Below are positions 48,594-58,907 of a stretch of DNA of 64,000 nt, piece after piece; position 1 is the stretch's first letter; each line of letters starts with the position of its first letter. The stretch is from an uncultured Sphingobacteriales bacterium. Lineage in GTDB: Bacteria; Bacteroidota; Bacteroidia; CAILMK01; CAYYUA01. The stretch lies in contig CAZLQF010000014.1 in assembly GCA_964561545.1 (NCBI GenBank), forward strand, positions 7,401 through 71,400, written 5' to 3'. Both the position numbers and the translations under genes were made by a program. The notes beneath the pieces were generated by a model. It saw only the letters and a program-made list of their open reading frames with translations. It did no database searches and was not told the origin of the DNA.

Positions 48594-50879
48594 ATGGATG
48601 TTTACCTAAAAACCCTGATCTTGTCTATTGCAATATTATTAGGCCAACAAAATGGTTCTATTGCCCAAACCACCCTCCAAGGCAAAGTAATTGATGAAGT
48701 TAGTGAGGAGCCGGTGCAGGGTGCTAATGTTCAATCCTTAAAGCTTAATCGGCAAGCAGTTACGAATGCCAATGGGCAGTTTGAACTCAAGTTAACAGTA
48801 GCTAACGATACGCTCAAGATTTCCCATATAGGTTACGAAGCGAAGTATCTGGCAGCCAAAAAGGGAAGAAATAATACCTATGCACTGATGCCCACTTCCC
48901 TTAATAAGCAAGAAGTGAAGGTAGAAGCTTACGAAGAATCGATTCCCTTTGAAAATGTGGCTGGCGGCATGAATCTCCTCAATAAAAAGGACTTGCAACG
49001 GGATGCCGAAGTTAGTATGGTTTCATCGTTAAGCCGGGTGCCGGGTGTATTGTTTCAAAATGGTACCTTTTCTACTGGCAAGATGTCCATAAGAGGTATT
49101 GGATCAAGATCCCGATACACCACTACCAAGATTAAGGCCTACTACCAGGGGATTCCTATTACTACAGGAGAAGGAGTTACAACCATTGAGGATTTAGACC
49201 CTGAGCTAATGCAAAAAACAGCAATTCTCAAAGGGCCTTCATCCAGCATTTATGGCGCTGGATTGGGAGGTGTGGTGTTGTTAAGGCCCGATTATGGAGA
49301 ATCCGGACAATCATCCATCTCTCAAAAAACCATGATCGGATCTTTTGGGTTGTTTAAAAGTCATACGGCTTTCCAGCACAGCGAGGATGGTAGCCAATTT
49401 TCAGTCAATTACCTTAACACTCATAGTGATGGATGGCGTGATAACAGCACTTATGACAAGCACACCATCAATGCCAACGGAGCTTTTGATGTTGGTGAAG
49501 ATGCCCAACTTAACGTACTTGCATCTCATATTGAAACGAAGGGGTTCATTCCAAGTTCTCTTGATCAATCAACATTTAACAACAATCCTTCTGCGGCAGC
49601 AGAAAGCTGGGACAATGCCAAGGGCTATGAGGATTATAGCAAAACCTTGTTGGGCTTGTCTTTAAATGCTGAGGTGGCTCAGAACCTGCATCAAACCACC
49701 AGTATTTTTGGGCATTTTAAGCACAATGATGAACCACGTCCTTTTAATGTGCTTAGGGAGGGCAGGTTTTCCAGGGGTGCACGGACTAAATGGGCTTATA
49801 CCCCTACCATAGGGAATGTCCAATCTACTTTTATCGTGGGCGGTGAATACTTCAATGAATGGTACAAATGGCAAATATTTGAAAATGTAAATCGCTCAAT
49901 TGGGCCGCATATTAATGAAAATGAGCAATGGCGTACCTATCTAAATTTATACGCCAAGGGGAGTTTTTCTTTGAATACCGGCACCCGCATAACCGCTGGC
50001 GTTAATTACAACCATACCAATTACGAATTGACTGATCTTTACATAGATACCGTTAACCAAACCGGTGATTATTCATTTAACCCAATAATTTCACCTCGAT
50101 TGGGGATCAGCCAAGCGATAACTGATCAAATCCATGTATTTGCATCCGTAAGCCATGGTTTTTCGACCCCAAGTGTTTCAGAGACTTTAACACCTCAAGG
50201 GCAGCTCAATTCGGATGTTGAACCAGAGCATGGATGGAGCTATGAGTTAGGTTCCAGGGGCCAATTGTTCAACCATCTTTACTACAACTTAACCCTATTC
50301 CGGATGGACTTGGAGGACAAGTTGGTTGCGCAACGGGTTGCGCCTGACGCTTATATTGGGGTTAATGCCGGAGCTACCGGGCATGAGGGGTTTGAGTTAA
50401 CCACTGGTTATCACTTGGTTACTGGAAGTTCTGCTTTCCAATACGTGCATCCTTATTTAAATTATACCTATGGGAATTACCGTTTTGAGGAGTTTCAGGA
50501 TGAAGGTAAAGTCTATGATGGCAATCGCTTAACGGGTACTACCCCTCACCAACTTACTGCTGGCCTCGATGTGCGGGGGCCTTGGGGGCTTTATACCAAC
50601 CTTGTTTACGAATACCAGGATGAATTGGTCATGAACGATGCCAACACTGAGTTTGCCGAATCCTATGGCTTATTAAACGGTAAATTGGGAATTGAAAGGC
50701 AATTTGGCAACTGGCAATTCAACTTCTATGCCGGCCTCAATAACATACTGGATGAACACTACGCGGCTATGACGGTGGTCAATGCACCTGGTTTTGGCGG
50801 GCCGCCCCGTTATTATTATCCCGGTAAGCCGCAGAATTATTATACAGGATTGAAGATCAAGTATTTAATTGGTAATTAA
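48594..50879 (+). CDS. TonB-dependent receptor with N-terminal carboxypeptidase-regulatory-like domain
   Basis: Signal peptide, a CarbopepD_reg-like domain (LQGKVIDEVSEEPVQGANVQ), a plug region, and a long beta-barrel with TBDR-like periodicity. Confidence 0.7.
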   Translation: MDVYLKTLILSIAILLGQQNGSIAQTTLQGKVIDEVSEEPVQGANVQSLKLNRQAVTNANGQFELKLTVANDTLKISHIGYEAKYLAAKKGRNNTYALMPTSLNKQEVKVEAYEESIPFENVAGGMNLLNKKDLQRDAEVSMVSSLSRVPGVLFQNGTFSTGKMSIRGIGSRSRYTTTKIKAYYQGIPITTGEGVTTIEDLDPELMQKTAILKGPSSSIYGAGLGGVVLLRPDYGESGQSSISQKTMIGSFGLFKSHTAFQHSEDGSQFSVNYLNTHSDGWRDNSTYDKHTINANGAFDVGEDAQLNVLASHIETKGFIPSSLDQSTFNNNPSAAAESWDNAKGYEDYSKTLLGLSLNAEVAQNLHQTTSIFGHFKHNDEPRPFNVLREGRFSRGARTKWAYTPTIGNVQSTFIVGGEYFNEWYKWQIFENVNRSIGPHINENEQWRTYLNLYAKGSFSLNTGTRITAGVNYNHTNYELTDLYIDTVNQTGDYSFNPIISPRLGISQAITDQIHVFASVSHGFSTPSVSETLTPQGQLNSDVEPEHGWSYELGSRGQLFNHLYYNLTLFRMDLEDKLVAQRVAPDAYIGVNAGATGHEGFELTTGYHLVTGSSAFQYVHPYLNYTYGNYRFEEFQDEGKVYDGNRLTGTTPHQLTAGLDVRGPWGLYTNLVYEYQDELVMNDANTEFAESYGLLNGKLGIERQFGNWQFNFYAGLNNILDEHYAAMTVVNAPGFGGPPRYYYPGKPQNYYTGLKIKYLIGN

Positions 50880-50885
50880 TAGGTT

Positions 50886-51389
50886 CTATCTTGTCGTCAA
50901 TTGATCTTTTAAAATGGTGGGTTTTAGATGTTGTGGGTCAATGATAATGTCCGCTTGCATGTAGTAATAAGCCCTTTCGAACATTTTGGTGTGGATGAAG
51001 TCCTCAAGTTCATCTTCATCCATTCCTTGGATCAAAGGCCTTGAATCCTGTTGAGATTGGAGGTTTTTAAAAAGCGTTTCTGTTTCTAATTTCAGGTGGA
51101 TGGTGGTTCCATGTTCCTTCATCCACTGCATGTTATCGTGGTAGCAAGGAGCACCACCACCTGTTGATATGATCTGGTTCTCTTTGCCGCCCAATTCCCT
51201 TAACATATCGCGTTCCAGGATCCTGAAATAGGCTTCTCCCTGGCTTTCAAAAATGGTACTGATCGACATGCCTGTTCTTTGTTCGATCAGTTGATCAAGG
51301 TCCACAAAATCTATGTTCATTTGCTTTGCAAGCCGCTCGCCATAAGTTGATTTGCCGCTCCCCATGAAGCCTACTAAAAAAATATTCAT
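50886..51389 (-). CDS. aroK: shikimate kinase
   Basis: MNIFLVGFMGSGKST Walker A. 167 aa. Confidence 0.9.
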   Translation of the reverse strand: MNIFLVGFMGSGKSTYGERLAKQMNIDFVDLDQLIEQRTGMSISTIFESQGEAYFRILERDMLRELGGKENQIISTGGGAPCYHDNMQWMKEHGTTIHLKLETETLFKNLQSQQDSRPLIQGMDEDELEDFIHTKMFERAYYYMQADIIIDPQHLKPTILKDQLTTR

Positions 51390-51490
51390 TCTTGGTTGTT
51401 TAAAATTTAGTGCAGTAAGGGTAAAATTGAATCTTAGAGATCAAAAAACCCGGTATCAGCCCAAGTTATTATTGATTTTTTAGGTTGCTT

Positions 51491-51889
51491 TTAGTCGTTT
51501 TGAACCTGACCTTTAATGTGCAAGGTTTTTTCACTGCCAAAAGGAACGTTGGTAATGATTTTAATCGATTTATCAAACTTTCCTTTTTTACCAGAGGCGT
51601 CAAAAACTGCTTTAATCTTGCCGGATTCTCCAGGTTCGATGGGTTGTTTGGGCCATTCAGGCGTTGTACATCCGCATGACGGGTTGACGTCCTGAATTAC
51701 CAAGGGTCCATCGCCTGTATTTTCAAACGTAAATTCGTGAACTGCTTTTTCTTCCGAGGAAATGACCCCAAAGTCATACTTTTTGGTTTCAAATTTGATT
51801 TTGGGTTCGCCTTTAGATTGAAACTCTTGGGCTTGACCCATTGTAATAACGCCTACCAGGCAAAAAGTGAGAACAAGCAGCTTTTTCAT
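51491..51889 (-). CDS. DUF1573 domain-containing periplasmic protein
   Basis: Signal peptide, and the conserved PSCGCTTPEWP motif of DUF1573. Confidence 0.65.
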   Translation of the reverse strand: MKKLLVLTFCLVGVITMGQAQEFQSKGEPKIKFETKKYDFGVISSEEKAVHEFTFENTGDGPLVIQDVNPSCGCTTPEWPKQPIEPGESGKIKAVFDASGKKGKFDKSIKIITNVPFGSEKTLHIKGQVQND

Positions 51890-52027
51890 AACTTTTTATT
51901 TTTAGGTTTACAGCTAAAACAAATTTAATTTTTATAATGGCTTTGAAATAGGTGCAAAGATCTTGCCTAATGAGTAAAAAGACTACATAACCATTGAAAA
52001 GAAACAATATGAACAAATAAAACGCTT

Positions 52028-52909
52028 ATGAAAATTGGGTTTATTGGATTAGGGATCATGGGAAGTCGCATGGCTCAGCAGCTCCTGCAAGCTGGTTATG
52101 AAATGGTGGTTTACAACCGCAGCGAGGAAAAAACTGAACCTTTGAAAGAAGTAGGTGCTCAAACAGCAGCATCCCCTGCTGAAGTGGCGAAAAATACGGA
52201 TATACTTATTACCATGTTGGCCAACCCGGAAGCAGTGGAGGTTTCCGCCTTTGGTGAAAATGGTTTCCTTGAGGTCATGAACGAGAACATGCTATGGGTA
52301 GATTGCAGTACCGTGAATCCATCTTTTACGCAAAAGATGGTTGAGTCCGTAAAGGCCCGTAATTTACGGATGGTGGATGCGCCAGTGGCAGGCTCTAAAA
52401 TCCCTGCTGAACGCGGGGAATTGGTGTTTTTAGTAGGTGGAAGCGATGGTGATGTGGCCTTTGTTCAGCCTATACTGGAAGATATGGGCAAAGCCATCAA
52501 CCATGTAGGTACTCATGGCCAGGGTTCTGCTATGAAGATGGTGATCAATCTGCTTTTAGGCCAGTCGATGGCTGCATTTTCTGAGGCGATGCGCTTTGGA
52601 GAAGCTTTGGGCATCCATCAGGACCAACTGTTACAAAGTTTATTAGGTGGTCCGGTGACGGCTCCTTTTCTTCAAGCTAAAAAGAATCATATCCAGGAGG
52701 CCAATTATGAAGTTGAATTTCCTTTGAAATGGATGCGCAAAGATTTGCATTTAGTAGCGCAGTCAGCCTATGAAGCCAATGTGCCATTGGTAGCTACCAA
52801 TACCGTGAAGGAAGTTTATGCCGGCGCTAATCAAGCAGGATGGGGCGACCTGGACTTTTCAGCCATTTACCAATATTTGAAAGCTAATAGCATTGAATCA
52901 AACCAATAG
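52028..52909 (+). CDS. NAD(P)-dependent oxidoreductase, 3-hydroxyisobutyrate dehydrogenase (HIBADH) family
   Basis: MKIGFIGLGIMGSRMAQQLLQAGY Rossmann fold plus the C-terminal 6PGDH-like NAD-binding domain 2. Confidence 0.85.
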   Translation: MKIGFIGLGIMGSRMAQQLLQAGYEMVVYNRSEEKTEPLKEVGAQTAASPAEVAKNTDILITMLANPEAVEVSAFGENGFLEVMNENMLWVDCSTVNPSFTQKMVESVKARNLRMVDAPVAGSKIPAERGELVFLVGGSDGDVAFVQPILEDMGKAINHVGTHGQGSAMKMVINLLLGQSMAAFSEAMRFGEALGIHQDQLLQSLLGGPVTAPFLQAKKNHIQEANYEVEFPLKWMRKDLHLVAQSAYEANVPLVATNTVKEVYAGANQAGWGDLDFSAIYQYLKANSIESNQ

Positions 52910-53112
52910 CAACAAGATCGCAGAATGGTGAACCATGCTTTTAAGCAAAGTTTCCATTAAAGTCATTTTTAATTGGTTAGTAGGGGGTATTGAAGTTTAA
53001 GCCCCACAAAGCCTCCAAAAGAAGAGGATTTTGGTTGCTTTGTTTGCATGGATCAATAATAGTTGCTTATCAATAAAAATTAGCTGTAACTTCTTTTAGG
53101 AATGGTAATTTT

Positions 53113-53916
53113 GTGAGTTTAAAGGATAGTGGTTTGCATCTTCCTAAAGGCAAGCAACAATACGGGCAGCATTTTTTAAGTGATCCGAATTATGCCCGGA
53201 AGGTCCTTGAAGCTATTGATCAGGATTTAAAGAACGTTAATTGCTTGTTTGAAGTGGGGCCGGGAAAAGGGGTTCTTACAACGCATTTTCAAAATTTACC
53301 AACCATTGATTTTTATCCAGTGGAAATTGACCAGCCAATGGTTGATTACCTAACCCACCATTGTCCAACCATTGCTGACCAGATCATCAAAGCGGATTTC
53401 CTGAAATTGGGTATAACACAAACATGCCCAAATAGGCAAATAGGTATCATAGGCAATTTTCCTTACAACATTTCCAGCCAGATTGTCTTCAAAGTCCTTA
53501 ATAACAGAAGCGCTGTAGAATTGATGACGGGTATGTTTCAAAAAGAAGTGGGGGAGCGCATTGCAGCCCAACCGGGTAGTAAAACTTATGGGATTTTGAG
53601 TGTTTTAACTCAGGCCTTTTACGAAGTTAAGCTGCTATTTAAAGTGCCGCCAGGTGCTTTTGCACCACCCCCCAAGGTTTGGTCGGTGGTGATCAAAATG
53701 CGCAAGAAAGCCACGGAACCCTTTATTCAGGATACTGATGTATTTTTTGATGTAGTAAAAACGGCCTTCAACCAAAGGCGTAAGATGCTTAGGAATGCCT
53801 TAAAGAAATATGAAGCCGGATTTGCCCAAATTAATCCAAAACTCTTGCACCTAAGGGCTGAACAATTGCGTGTAGAAGATTTTGTCGAGTTTAGTAACCA
53901 AGTGGCAACTAGCTAA
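53113..53916 (+). CDS. rsmA: 16S rRNA (adenine1518/1519-N6)-dimethyltransferase RsmA/KsgA
   Basis: GQHFLSDPNYARKVLEAI, FEVGPGKGVLT motif I, and IGNFPYNISS. Start is GTG. Confidence 0.9.
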   Translation: MSLKDSGLHLPKGKQQYGQHFLSDPNYARKVLEAIDQDLKNVNCLFEVGPGKGVLTTHFQNLPTIDFYPVEIDQPMVDYLTHHCPTIADQIIKADFLKLGITQTCPNRQIGIIGNFPYNISSQIVFKVLNNRSAVELMTGMFQKEVGERIAAQPGSKTYGILSVLTQAFYEVKLLFKVPPGAFAPPPKVWSVVIKMRKKATEPFIQDTDVFFDVVKTAFNQRRKMLRNALKKYEAGFAQINPKLLHLRAEQLRVEDFVEFSNQVATS

Positions 53917-53921
53917 TAAAT

Positions 53922-55736
53922 TTATTCCGCCAATTGCTGAAGTTCATATAAATGACGGTAGAGCCCTTCTTGCTCAATAAGTTCTGCATGGCTTCCAACT
54001 TGAACGATGTTGCCCTTTTCTAAAACGACAATTTCGTCTGCTTCCTGAATGGTGCTGAGGCGGTGTGCAATAATAACCGTGGTTCGGTTTCGCATTAAGC
54101 GGCTTAGGGCTTCTTGAACGATCTTTTCAGATGATGTATCCAGGGCAGAAGTGGCTTCGTCCAGGATCATGATGGGCGGGTTTTTAAGTATAGCCCTGGC
54201 AATGCTTAGGCGTTGCCGCTGCCCACCCGATAAGAGCACACCCCGGTCGCCAATGAAGGTTTGATAACCCTCATCACATTCTACAATAAAATCGTGGGCA
54301 TTGGCAGATTTGGCAGCTTCAATGACTTGCTCTTCCGTAACTTCTTCCATGCCAAATGCAATGTTTTTAAAAATCGTATCATTGAAAAGAATGGGATCCT
54401 GGGTAACCAGCCCGATTTGTTTTCTCAAGGAAAATAGGTCATAGTCCCTTGCGTCAATATCGTCAATGTAAAGGTTGCCTTCGGTAGCTTCGTAAAACCT
54501 TGGGATCATTTCAGCCATGGTAGTTTTGCCACTTCCAGAAGGTCCTACAAGCGCATAAGCTTTACCTTTAGGGATCTTTAAGTTAACGTCTTTCAGCACC
54601 CGGTCCTTAGAATAGGAAAATGATACCCCGTCAAATTCAATGGATGCTTTAAAATCGTCAAGGGGCTTCCCTCCATGTTGCTCTTTCTTGGTGCCCGGCG
54701 CATCCATTACGTTAAAAATCCGTTCACCGCTCGCGATCCCGCGGTAGATGTTACCAAAAGCATTGGAAATATTTTTAGCTGGATTCATGATCTGCTGGAA
54801 ATAAAAAATATAAACGAGGAACCCAGAGGCCCTTAGCTCACCTTCAAAAACCAACTGACCACCAAACCATAAGATGAGGCCTACCGTAATAACTCCCATT
54901 GCTTCCGAAAAAGGGGGTACCAGCCGCTGTTTGTAAAACTGCCGCTTGAGGTGGTGGCTGTATTTTTCATTGTAGCTGCCAAAAACCTTGGCAATGTATT
55001 TCTCAGCATTGAAAGCCTTGATGATCTTGACGCCTGAAATCACTTCATCCAAAACGCTCATGATCCAGGCCATCATATCCTGCGTGTTGTAGGCATCTTT
55101 GCGCAATGATTTGGCAAGCGTAGTAATTATCAAGGCAGTAATTGGTAGCACCGCAAAAATGAACAAGGTTAATTTCCATGAGTAGCTAAACATCAAGAAC
55201 AAAAAGAAGAGAATAGTAATAGGAGCTCGGATCAGGGATTGAAAGGTGACCACCACGGATTTTTCCACTTCGTTTACATCAGAAGTCATGCGTGAAATAA
55301 TGTTCCCTTTTCGTTCTTCTTCAAAGTATCCAACCGGCAGGGATTTGATCACTTCGAACAGCCTCGTTCGAATGTCTCTGATGACGCCAGTTCTAATGAT
55401 GGCCATGAATATGGCCGAGAGGTACTTAAATACATTACCAATTAAGTTAATGCCAACAATAAAACCAATGGAAATGGCCAATGCCTGTACTTTGCCCTGT
55501 TCTTCAATGATTCCGGCTATGTATTGATTGAAAATTTCATTGAATTTTAGCGAAAATTGTTCGGTGTTCAGCGAAGATGGGCTCTTTTTTTCGGTGAACA
55601 GTAAATTAAGGACGGGATCCAATAAAGACAAGGCAATACCTGTAGCAAATACGGCTATGATGGCAAATAAGGTATGAAAAACAACCTGCCAGCCATAAGG
55701 TTTCGTAAATTTGAGAATGCGCCAGTAAATATTCAT
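53922..55736 (-). CDS. ABC transporter ATP-binding/permease protein (MsbA-like lipid exporter, type I exporter)
   Basis: 604 aa. Six-TM domain followed by an NBD with Walker A GPSGSGKTT, signature LSGGQRQRLSIARA and Walker B ILDEATSALD. Confidence 0.9.
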   Translation of the reverse strand: MNIYWRILKFTKPYGWQVVFHTLFAIIAVFATGIALSLLDPVLNLLFTEKKSPSSLNTEQFSLKFNEIFNQYIAGIIEEQGKVQALAISIGFIVGINLIGNVFKYLSAIFMAIIRTGVIRDIRTRLFEVIKSLPVGYFEEERKGNIISRMTSDVNEVEKSVVVTFQSLIRAPITILFFLFLMFSYSWKLTLFIFAVLPITALIITTLAKSLRKDAYNTQDMMAWIMSVLDEVISGVKIIKAFNAEKYIAKVFGSYNEKYSHHLKRQFYKQRLVPPFSEAMGVITVGLILWFGGQLVFEGELRASGFLVYIFYFQQIMNPAKNISNAFGNIYRGIASGERIFNVMDAPGTKKEQHGGKPLDDFKASIEFDGVSFSYSKDRVLKDVNLKIPKGKAYALVGPSGSGKTTMAEMIPRFYEATEGNLYIDDIDARDYDLFSLRKQIGLVTQDPILFNDTIFKNIAFGMEEVTEEQVIEAAKSANAHDFIVECDEGYQTFIGDRGVLLSGGQRQRLSIARAILKNPPIMILDEATSALDTSSEKIVQEALSRLMRNRTTVIIAHRLSTIQEADEIVVLEKGNIVQVGSHAELIEQEGLYRHLYELQQLAE

Positions 55737-55993
55737 TGCGGGGCAAAATTAGGGCTTTGTTGAGACAAAAGATAAAAGCGCCAAGACATAAGCCTGTTTG
55801 CATTACAACTGCAATATAAAGTTAAGTGCTTGTAAGAGATTACCGAGATAAAGGATAACTTAACCGCTTAGATTTAGGGGTGTTTGCAGTAAATTGAAAT
55901 CAACAAACGATGGTGTGCTGCAATTTTAAAACAATGGTTTAAGCGCTTGTCAAAGACGAGGGCAATTGGGTTAATGCGTACCATTGTTATCCT

Positions 55994-57145
55994 TTACTTA
56001 AATGGATTGCTGTATTGGGGGTTTTTGATGAACGAGGAATCGGTAAAGGTTTTCAAAAAATTGATCAAGTCCTGCTTTTCCTGATCAGTGAGGTTGACGC
56101 CCCCGGTTCGAAAATAGCCATCGTCACTGGGTGGTAAATGTTTCCGTATATTGGAATTAACATTGGTGGCTGGTTGTAGGTTGTCGCTGTAAAAATTGAT
56201 AACCTCTTCCAAGGTAGCAAATCGGCCATCGTGCATGTAAGGTGCTGTCAAGGTGACGTTCCGCAAAGTGGGGGTCTTAAACTTGCCGTTGTCCTTTTTA
56301 TTGCTGGTAATTGTTCCCCGTCCCTTATCCGGAAAATCAAATTCATTAGGACCTAATGAATCTAAGCCATTGTTATGGAAGTTGTTGTCAGTGAGTAAAA
56401 CCTGGGATGATGGGATGCCATGACAATGAAAGCAATCAGCCTGTTCAGAAGTATACAAGATCAGGCCATTCCGCTCAGATGAGGTTAAGTTGACTTCACC
56501 CCTCAAGAAACGGTCAAATTTGGAGTCGGCCGAGATCAGGGTGCGCTCGAATTGAGCTATGGCCTTAGTGACCAAATGCCTTGTTATTTCTTGGTCGCCA
56601 AAAGCTGCTTCAAACAGGGAGGGATACTCCGGGTGCCTTTTTAGCTTGTTTTCCACCCGCTCCCAGCTTTCCATCATCTCCAACGGGTTGGTAACAGGCT
56701 CCAGGGCTTGCTCCTCTAAAGTGTTCGCACTACCGTGCCAATTAAAGGTTGGATAAAAACCTACGTTAGCCAGGGACATTGCATTCCGAACGCCTTGAAA
56801 GCCTGAAACACCCTTGTTAAACTTAACATCACTGGCGAAAGCATTTTTTTGTTGATGACAGGTTGCGCAGGCTATGGTACTATCGCGCGATAAGATCGGA
56901 TCGTAAAACAGCATGCGCCCCAATTCTACGCCCTCTTCCGTCATTGGATTGTCCTCAGGAATATCCATTTCAGGGAAAAGCGATGGAATGTCAAGGTTAT
57001 AGGGAGTGCCGGCCATTTCTTCTTTTGATCCTGAGTTATCCCTGGGTTCAAAGGGCTCATACTCTGGATCCCTTTCACAACTATAAACCATAAAAGCTCC
57101 CAGTGCAATGAAGAAGCAAAACTTAATTAAGGTGTTAGGCTTCAT
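55994..57145 (-). CDS. di-haem cytochrome c peroxidase (MauG/CcpA superfamily; MbnH-like)
   Basis: Two CxxCH haem motifs (CATCHQQ and CFHCHG). The PTLRNV region is typical of bacterial CCP. Signal peptide present. Confidence 0.85.
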   Translation of the reverse strand: MKPNTLIKFCFFIALGAFMVYSCERDPEYEPFEPRDNSGSKEEMAGTPYNLDIPSLFPEMDIPEDNPMTEEGVELGRMLFYDPILSRDSTIACATCHQQKNAFASDVKFNKGVSGFQGVRNAMSLANVGFYPTFNWHGSANTLEEQALEPVTNPLEMMESWERVENKLKRHPEYPSLFEAAFGDQEITRHLVTKAIAQFERTLISADSKFDRFLRGEVNLTSSERNGLILYTSEQADCFHCHGIPSSQVLLTDNNFHNNGLDSLGPNEFDFPDKGRGTITSNKKDNGKFKTPTLRNVTLTAPYMHDGRFATLEEVINFYSDNLQPATNVNSNIRKHLPPSDDGYFRTGGVNLTDQEKQDLINFLKTFTDSSFIKNPQYSNPFK

Positions 57146-57211
57146 TGAATGTATCAGGTTTTAAGTACAAATGTTAATTAACCTTTAATTGGTTGCTTTA
57201 AGCCCTAAGCG

Positions 57212-58039
57212 TTATTGCTGCTTTTTCGATTTCAAAGAAAATAAATCTTTCCGACCATTTTCCATTAGCGTTTGCTGGATTGCTTGATTCATCATGATGC
57301 CCTCATTTTCGAGGCTGGAAAACTTGTAAGTATTCGGGTTCTCATACCATTTGTTCAAATCCATTCCTACCATCAATTGCCGAGCATTGTCATTCACACT
57401 AAGGTTTAGATTATCAAATTTGACCTCAAAAGAAAAATGTTGAAGAGGCCCCGTTTGGGTAGGGGAGGTGGTGCTCATGTCCCATTTTTTGGCATTACCC
57501 AAGTGAGTGGTAAAGCCATCCTCGGAGCCTGAACTATCATAGACGCCATTCATCCGCATGTAATGATAACCACCGCCATTCATTTCTGGCCATGCCATGT
57601 TGTTGAAATTTTGAGTATTGGGAAGCTTACCGGTTTGATTTTTACTGGAATCTATGCCAAAAGTAAAAGCCATGGCATTGTAATCTCCATTGGGCAAATT
57701 TTCAAAGGTTAAACTTTTTGTACCATCTTTATTTGGATTTACATAATGGCTGGTGTCGAACTCTACAATACTTCCATTTGCCTTAAAAAGGCGGAAATCA
57801 GTGAGGATGTATTCGAGTTTTGTAACCCCATATTGCTCGCCGGCTTGATTGGTGTACTTCATCGAATCAAATAATAGGTCTTGTCCGTCTACATTATGGC
57901 TAAATGAAAATGTTACGCTACCAGTTTGGTTTTGAGCATCGTTAGGATTGCCACCGTTTTCATCATCATCATTGCATGAAAGAAAAATAAAAGGTAAGGT
58001 AAGGAAAACTACAAGGGAAAAAGTTGTAAATTGCTTCAT
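57212..58039 (-). CDS. MbnP-like periplasmic (copper-binding) lipoprotein partner of the di-haem peroxidase
   Basis: Lipoprotein signal (FIFLSCNDDD). About 250-aa beta-rich protein with a conserved-looking NMAWPEMNGGGYHYMRMNG segment. It sits immediately upstream of, and co-oriented with, the CCP gene, matching the mbnP-mbnH arrangement. Confidence 0.45.
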   Translation of the reverse strand: MKQFTTFSLVVFLTLPFIFLSCNDDDENGGNPNDAQNQTGSVTFSFSHNVDGQDLLFDSMKYTNQAGEQYGVTKLEYILTDFRLFKANGSIVEFDTSHYVNPNKDGTKSLTFENLPNGDYNAMAFTFGIDSSKNQTGKLPNTQNFNNMAWPEMNGGGYHYMRMNGVYDSSGSEDGFTTHLGNAKKWDMSTTSPTQTGPLQHFSFEVKFDNLNLSVNDNARQLMVGMDLNKWYENPNTYKFSSLENEGIMMNQAIQQTLMENGRKDLFSLKSKKQQ

Positions 58040-58206
58040 GGTGGAATATAAATTTTATTAGACAATTTGTTCAATCGGCAAAACGCTTAATTTATGAGGT
58101 TTAGTTTCTTTTAAAAGGGCCATTTAAATTTTTGTAGCCTTTAATTGGAAATAAATAGATGTTTCGTACTTTTGCAGCTGCAAAAATAAAACCGTACTAC
58201 GTAATT

Positions 58207-58593
58207 ATGCAGCGACAATACGAAACAGTGCTTATTTTAACCCCGCTTTTAACAGATGAGCAGGTTAAAGAAACTGTTAAGCGATTCAAAGAATTGTTAG
58301 AAAAAGAAGGGGCTGAGCTGATCCATCAAGAAAATTGGGGTTTGAAAAAGCTCGCTTATCCCATCGATAAAAAATCCACTGGTTTTTACCATTTATTTGA
58401 ATTCAAAGCTTCCCCTGAATTTATTACTAAATGGGAAACGGAATTCAAACGCGATGAACGTGTAATGCGCTTTTTAACCGTTCACCTTGACAAATACGGT
58501 ATTGAATACAATGAAAAGCGGAACAAAGGTGAATTAGGTCGTAAAGCCAAACAAGAAGTCAATCAGGGAACAGAAGAAGAAGAAGTTAAATAA
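58207..58593 (+). CDS. rpsF: 30S ribosomal protein S6
   Basis: [15 protein letters not shown]...[15 protein letters not shown] is the S6 signature. The track ORF begins 48 nt upstream at 58159, but the internal ATG at 58207 matches the canonical S6 N-terminus. Confidence 0.9.
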   Translation: MQRQYETVLILTPLLTDEQVKETVKRFKELLEKEGAELIHQENWGLKKLAYPIDKKSTGFYHLFEFKASPEFITKWETEFKRDERVMRFLTVHLDKYGIEYNEKRNKGELGRKAKQEVNQGTEEEEVK

Positions 58594-58613
58594 CAAAAAA
58601 AGCTTAAAACATT

Positions 58614-58898
58614 ATGGCTAAGCCGAAGACCAGCCTTAAGCAAAGGAACATATTCATCAATATTTCTCCGCAGGAGCAACCCAAAAAGCGGAAATATTGC
58701 TGGTTTAAGAAAAATAACATCAAATATATTGACTACAAGGATCCTGATTTCCTTTTAAATTTTGTTAACGATCAAGGCAAGATTTTGCCCAGGCGGATCA
58801 CGGGTACTTCTGTTAAATACCAGCGAAGATTGGCCAAAGCTATTAAGCGGGCCAGGCAATTGGCTTTGTTACCCTATGTAGCAGATTCCTTAAAATAA
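58614..58898 (+). CDS. rpsR: 30S ribosomal protein S18
   Basis: [22 protein letters not shown]...[29 protein letters not shown]. Confidence 0.93.
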   Translation: MAKPKTSLKQRNIFINISPQEQPKKRKYCWFKKNNIKYIDYKDPDFLLNFVNDQGKILPRRITGTSVKYQRRLAKAIKRARQLALLPYVADSLK

Positions 58899-58907
58899 AT
58901 TAACGTT

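Noticed and set aside
48594-50879. TonB-dependent receptor as MbnT-like partner of the MbnP/MbnH-like pair
   Set aside because: It is separated from the pair by about 5 kb and four unrelated genes (aroK, DUF1573, HIBADH-like, ksgA, MsbA-like) on mixed strands, so no operonic linkage exists.
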